NCBI GenBank assembly: GCA_965644295.1
Contig: CBFFRP010000019.1
Coordinates: forward strand, 62,001 to 126,000
Length of the DNA stretch: 64,000 nt
From: Paraphysomonas bandaiensis
Lineage: Eukaryota; Protista; Chrysophyceae
Reading direction: 5' to 3'
Every line of letters starts with the position of its first letter. Position 1 is the first letter of the stretch. Positions 58,601 to 64,000 of the stretch are shown piece after piece. Position numbers and translations under genes: made by a program. The notes under the pieces are model-generated. The model was not told the DNA's origin and ran no database searches. It saw only the letters and a list, made by a program, of their open reading frames with translations.

Positions 58601-61600
58601 TCGTGCCATAATTTTCTCCCGCGGTATGATTCCACGAATCATTAGATGGATGAAGTTGTCTAGCTCCTGTGCAGGAAACTTACTCATAAACGACAGCACT
58701 GCATTCCGCCTGCAGAGCAAATTATAAGTTACACACAGGTGTCACAACACCAAGAACAACATGCCTGGCAAGTCCTTGGTCTCTCGCAGTTTTACTCCCC
58801 TTAGACTTGGAGACAAAGCGCCCATACATGACACTCATAAGAATGGGAATAAATATCTCTCGATGCTCCACACTGATTGACCCTCCCTTGATGTCTGGGT
58901 TGAATGAAAGCATCTCATTCCTCAATTTCGTATCATCCAGAATATTCTTTAGGTTATCCTTGTACGGCATTACAGCGGGAGGCTTGTAAGTTAATATGCA
59001 CTCCAATGCAAGCTTCGTGATGCTGTTGTCAGGTTTTGACATGATAGTGCAAAAATATCTATAAAGCGCTTGGTGATGAAACAACTGCCTCGGACTAGAG
59101 ACAGCTGCAAAAACCTTCAGAAAGAGTAACAAGCGCTTTTTCAGTACTGGTATGGCAAGTTCTGGCAGCTTTTCATCCGATACTGCAGATTCTGAATCTG
59201 TAGCGGGAAGTGAAAACACGCCACTTCGGTAAAGCGTTGAGAGCTCAGGGTCGTCTACAAAGGTGGCATAGTACTGTTGTTCCAAAAACCTTGAACAAAT
59301 TTTTCAAACAATAAACCGATAAGCATGATGCAGCATACCTTATAAACATTGGTACAACTACTCTAGAGTGCCTCATTGTAATTGATGGTGACTTCTGAAA
59401 CACACCCCAGAGTGTGTTATACGCTGTGTGGACATCTGTTCTTGAGTCAGGTTCAACTGTCGCAGATTCCTGGGAACGCCGGGCCGCAAAAAAAAACAGA
59501 GGCGAGGTGGCCAAATCCATCGACAGGCTACACTCTCCCGAATTCACAGCTTCCAAGCATTCTAAGTAGTCCGACATACTCATCTGATCGAAGTCCTCGC
59601 CAACAGTAGTAATGGTGGTGCGATAGCTTAAGTCCTTGATAGCGCTTAAAATCAGCGGCCATGTGACCTGTTCACCCTCTTCAGTTGCCAAAGCGCCCAC
59701 TAGTACACTTGAAGCCGGTTCCCAAAGAGGCATAAACTTGTAATGAAACATCCCTAAAGAAAAACTGCTCACGATTCGTGTGTACTCTGCTGGGATCTTT
59801 CCTGACTTGATGAGCATATCAAGGTGAGTCATGCGTCTAGAGTATTCCCTTTCTAGTCGAATAGATGCCGGGAGGCTGGCCGCCTCTAAGCACAACTTTG
59901 CAACATCGTACACACATTTCTCTGTGAAATCGGCCTGTTCATCAGGGTCCTCGTCCATGCTCAGAGCGGGCTTCGATCTCCTTTGCATTACTTGGGCGGG
60001 GGCAGGAAGAAAAGAAAGCACTCGAAGCGCGCATATCCGTAACCAATAGCTCGGTGTCAGCAAGGATTTTCCGATAGCTTCTAAAAGCTTATCTACTCTA
60101 CCATCCATAAGAAGTGTCGATAGAATTTCTCGTTGCATGGGATTTTCAAGCACATCTGCAGAAGAACCAATGATGCACCCTAACACGGAAAGCAAACCCC
60201 ATAAAAGAGTCATAGACTTGGGATTACGGTATAAAAGGTCGACATATGAACTTACAACCACAGTTCTAAGGTATCTATCAGCAGAACTAATCTGGTAAGG
60301 ACAGTTGTTATCAGTGGGGTCGTACACACGACACAATGCACACAACAGCTTGGTGGCATAAGCTAGCATGACATGCGTGCCACAGCGCTCTTGCATCAGT
60401 AACTCCGGAATAACATTATCGGACAAAGACGCAACTAGTTTTAGCATGTTTGAACGAACACTTTTCTCAGTAAGAAAGGTGGGAGAAACATCAGCCGCCC
60501 ATGCAAGAGCAAGACAGGCAGCGATAGTCGTACTACGGTCCCCATCATCCGCATGGAAAGATTTGCGACATGACAAAATATCCACACAAGCACCAAGGAG
60601 AAACTGTATTTCTTTAGAGCAAGTCATTAACACACCAGAATAACGTCCAGAGCTATTCCCATTCACCTCATTACTGCCGTTTGATACTGAAAACCGAGAT
60701 CCGTCAACGCACTCTCTGTTATCCACTAAGTTGACAAACACAATGTAGAGCAACGAAGGCCACGATATATGCTCAGTAGACATCTTGTTCTGCGACTGAA
60801 ATGACTGTAGCTGTGTAATAGCACCGAGCAAAGGCTGAAGCAAGTAGGCAGTCATCACATCTCTAGGCAGAGATAAGAGAAGCTCCTGGCAAATAATCTT
60901 GACACCCTCCGAGAGCTCTGATACCGCCGCTGTGCCAATACTTTTCGATGCTTCATTATCGGCACTCACTACAAGTGCTAGACCTAAGGAATGCTTAATT
61001 CTCTTCACAAGAATCTTATCTCTAGGGAATATCCGCCACAGTTTACATAAGAGAACACGGGCCCTACTGCTCAGTCGGGATGATAATCCCACAGTGCCCC
61101 TATGTTGTCTGAGACAGTTGTCACATATTTCAAGAGTCACAGCTATAATTTTATCGTGTAAAGCTTCCTTGACATCTTCATCACTGATGGCCCGTCCACC
61201 GCTGTGGCAAAGAGAAAATAACATAATCTCAATTGTGTGTGCAGCACATATCTCGACGCACACACTCAGCTCTTCCGACGGCTCGGACAACGCATAAAAT
61301 GCCCGCATGACATTCGTAACACCTTCAACAGCATCCAGAGTCCGCAGCCACAGTTCTGCGGTGTTTGCTGGATGCATGTGACGGAATAAGCGTCGTATAC
61401 ACTCCGCCGCAACTCGGCACGAGCTCGTAGTGAACATCGCATCTTGGGCAGTCAGACCGAACAATGACTTCTGAGTTTTGGCAGAGAGAGAACTTGCGAG
61501 AAGCCCTGATCTATGGCTAGGTGAAAGGGAAAGAATTTCCTCAACAGACTGTGAAGGAAGGGGTGGAAGTAGTGAGAGAGGTACACTTAAGAGTTTACCA

Positions 61601-62673
61601 CCTTTAGAGTGGAGACAACCTTTTACGCCTTTGAAGGTGCAGAAAAGAAGCTGAGACACGCCTTGAAGAAGGTCCGTTACACGAGCGGGAAGATCTGGGG
61701 TACCGGGTACCGGCTTGCGACTATTTTCAACCTGCAAAACGGGTAGATCTGCAGCTGAGGCATCTCCGTTTCTACCATCCTGCACCCGGCAACTGGAACC
61801 GAGGGCACGCAGAAGCCGTCGCATATGAGACTTGAAATTTTTCACCGATAACTTCCGAAGAAAAACGCTGAACATTTGAGCAGCAAACTCACGAACAAAA
61901 TCCGTCTTGTGTCCCACAAGAGGACCGTAGTATTGTCGCAGAGAATCAGGATCATCAGTGAGAAGAGGGAGTTGATATCTGCACGTACCACGTATTACAC
62001 GTGTAATCAAATAGATGAAGAATGATCAACGTACCTGATAAGGTGAGACATACACTCGAAAACTTTTCCAGTTAGACCAGGATCAGGGGAGCTGCCTTTG
62101 GAAAGAGAATTCTCCCCACAACTGCTGGTCTTATCCACAAGCCCAACAAGAATTCTAAATACTCCATGGAAATGCGGAAACATATCATCCTGCACATCTC
62201 TAAAACTATGTTACATATATACAGAGCGCTAATTTATTTTTACCTTGCAAGAACAGCTAATAGCTGTAAGAAAGCAGCCACGCTTTCAATCTCAGGCTTT
62301 TCCAGGTGAGAGGTCAACAACTTGATTACTTTAGGTAAGTTATGCAAAAGCTCAGCTAATGATTGCACAAGAGGCCATATTTCGTAATAAAACCTTAAAT
62401 CCCGAAAATATAACTAAATCAAACCACAAATATACATCGTATATACCTTTTAAAAGTTGAAGAGACATGTAAATCTTTCAAATTTTCCAATTCATCTTGA
62501 AAGAAACATCCAGAGTTTCCAGTATCTGGAACTGTCGTTGTGACATCTAAAGCACCAGTCTGATTAACGCGATGGATAACATCAACATTAACTCTTTGTA
62601 GCCGTTCTGATAATTTCTCAAAACGATATCTATTTTGACTTTCAGTATAATTCAATCCTTTAGGAGCAGACAT
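52642..62673 (-). CDS. UTP20: U3 snoRNA-associated protein 20 (SSU processome HEAT-repeat protein, DRIM)
   Basis: Multi-exon gene. N-terminal RYRFEKLSERLQRVNVD, SLAELLHNL, DRIM-like region (ALECILTYK...PYKDNL..ILDD..LRNE), DPEQDFFENI.HIQ.HRR.R, LKSRD..ARD.AR, GYQRHV, YPLGKK and YEYEEGR. The basic last exon 52764-52642 contains KKESRKRK. Confidence 0.92.
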
Positions 62674-64000
62674 TCTTTTAATCCAGTGATTTAAGCGATA
62701 TACAGAGTGATATCCATGATCTATATATGTATATAATAGAGAATCGTTTTATAGAATATAAACTTATAATTTCAATATATAATAATCATTAATCATTGAA
62801 TGAATATGATTTAAACTGATTAATTCATTCAATAAAGCGTCTTGTAATTGATAGATCGCCATTAAGTCCATTGAATATAAGTATAAGCTATTCCACCATT
62901 CATTTTTCTAAACGGTCGAAACTATGTAAAATTGTGTAAATTACGTATTATTAGAGTATGTATTTTGTATATACGGTTGCTGGTATACTGGCAGGAGTGT
63001 GTTAGATGTGAAGGTCATGACCATACATAGACACACAGACAGTCTATTGTGGGGTGAAATTATGACCCCACCTGCAGATTAAAACAAAGGGCGATTGATG
63101 GAGTCGTTAATGGACTGACATGACTTCACTGTACCGCAAGCTTCATGCTGTTCAAGACCAGTATGATGACTTTTATCCGCTTGAGACAACTGCTTCATGT
63201 GTGTGGTTATTGCCATCAGAAGAGACAGTGAAGTGGAAGAGGGCCCTTACAAGAGGATAAAATACTGCTTGGGCCGTTATTTTGCAGAATGTATGCTCAG
63301 TGTACATCCTGTGAAGTTCTCCCGATAATTCAAGGATTCAAGTAATGTGACCGTTAGCATCTTCAATATCCATCAATGGGGGGCAGCGTTCATATTAGTA
63401 TTATTAATGCATGCAATTAATAGAAATAATATTTTGGGTAAATTATTTCCTATATATACACCTCAGATTGGCGGTGAAGACATCTAAAGTGCACAATGCT
63501 TCTGCTTCTTAGCAGGTGATTGGGAGCTAGTTTACACTTTGGTTCAGATTTCTCGTGGTATGTATATTAGTAGGTTCTAAGTAGTAATTGCCGTTAATTT
63601 TTACTTCGTAAGATGTTAATGCGAATACCGTCTTATTTTAATTGAATACATGCTTTGTCTTTTCATAATTGATACAGATCTTCAATATTGCTGGTTTTTA
63701 TATTATTTCCTACTTTGCAATATATATATTATACTGTGTTTATTGTTGTTAATTATAGTACCTCTAGGTCGTATTGGTATTATATTTTTAGGTAGTACCT
63801 ATAGGTAGTATTGATACATATAGGCAGTGCCTGTAGGTACATTTTAATATAAATAGGGATACTTATCAGTAGGAAATGTAGAGGTTATAGATACCACCTA
63901 TAGGGAGGCGATTAGGCACGTGTATTAGTGCAATATCATATGTCGATATTGGCATCATTTAATCTAACCATAAGTCCAACGCTCCTGACATACTCCTCAT

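Noticed and set aside
63000-63420. GC-richer coding-like patch upstream of UTP20
   Set aside because: Frames are short and interrupted; no family could be assigned.

Overview
AT-rich eukaryotic genomic DNA with very short (about 45-70 nt) GT-AG introns. It is most likely from a flagellated stramenopile protist, inferred from a delta-tubulin gene and a CryptonS-like relic. Host genes: purple acid phosphatase, catalase-like protein, small membrane/coiled-coil protein, PLOD-type glycosyltransferase, a 1850-aa intronless ankyrin protein, a secreted helical-repeat protein, delta-tubulin, an SV2/SVOP-like MFS transporter and UTP20. Mobile DNA is dense. It includes a young Ty1/copia element with apparently identical LTRs ending TG...TA, a related solo LTR, and a second decayed copia element 8 bp away in the opposite orientation. 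There is also a full pogo/Fot1-like DD35D transposon, a 128-bp hAT-type MITE, a 2.3-kb TIR element, and Tc1/IS630 and Crypton relics. The most unusual items are an intronless NTPase + restriction-endonuclease-like + SHOCT gene inside a TE-relic island, and two ~250-bp-arm fold-back inverted repeats, one built from retroelement coding sequence. All family calls come from motif recognition by eye; no database searches were run.
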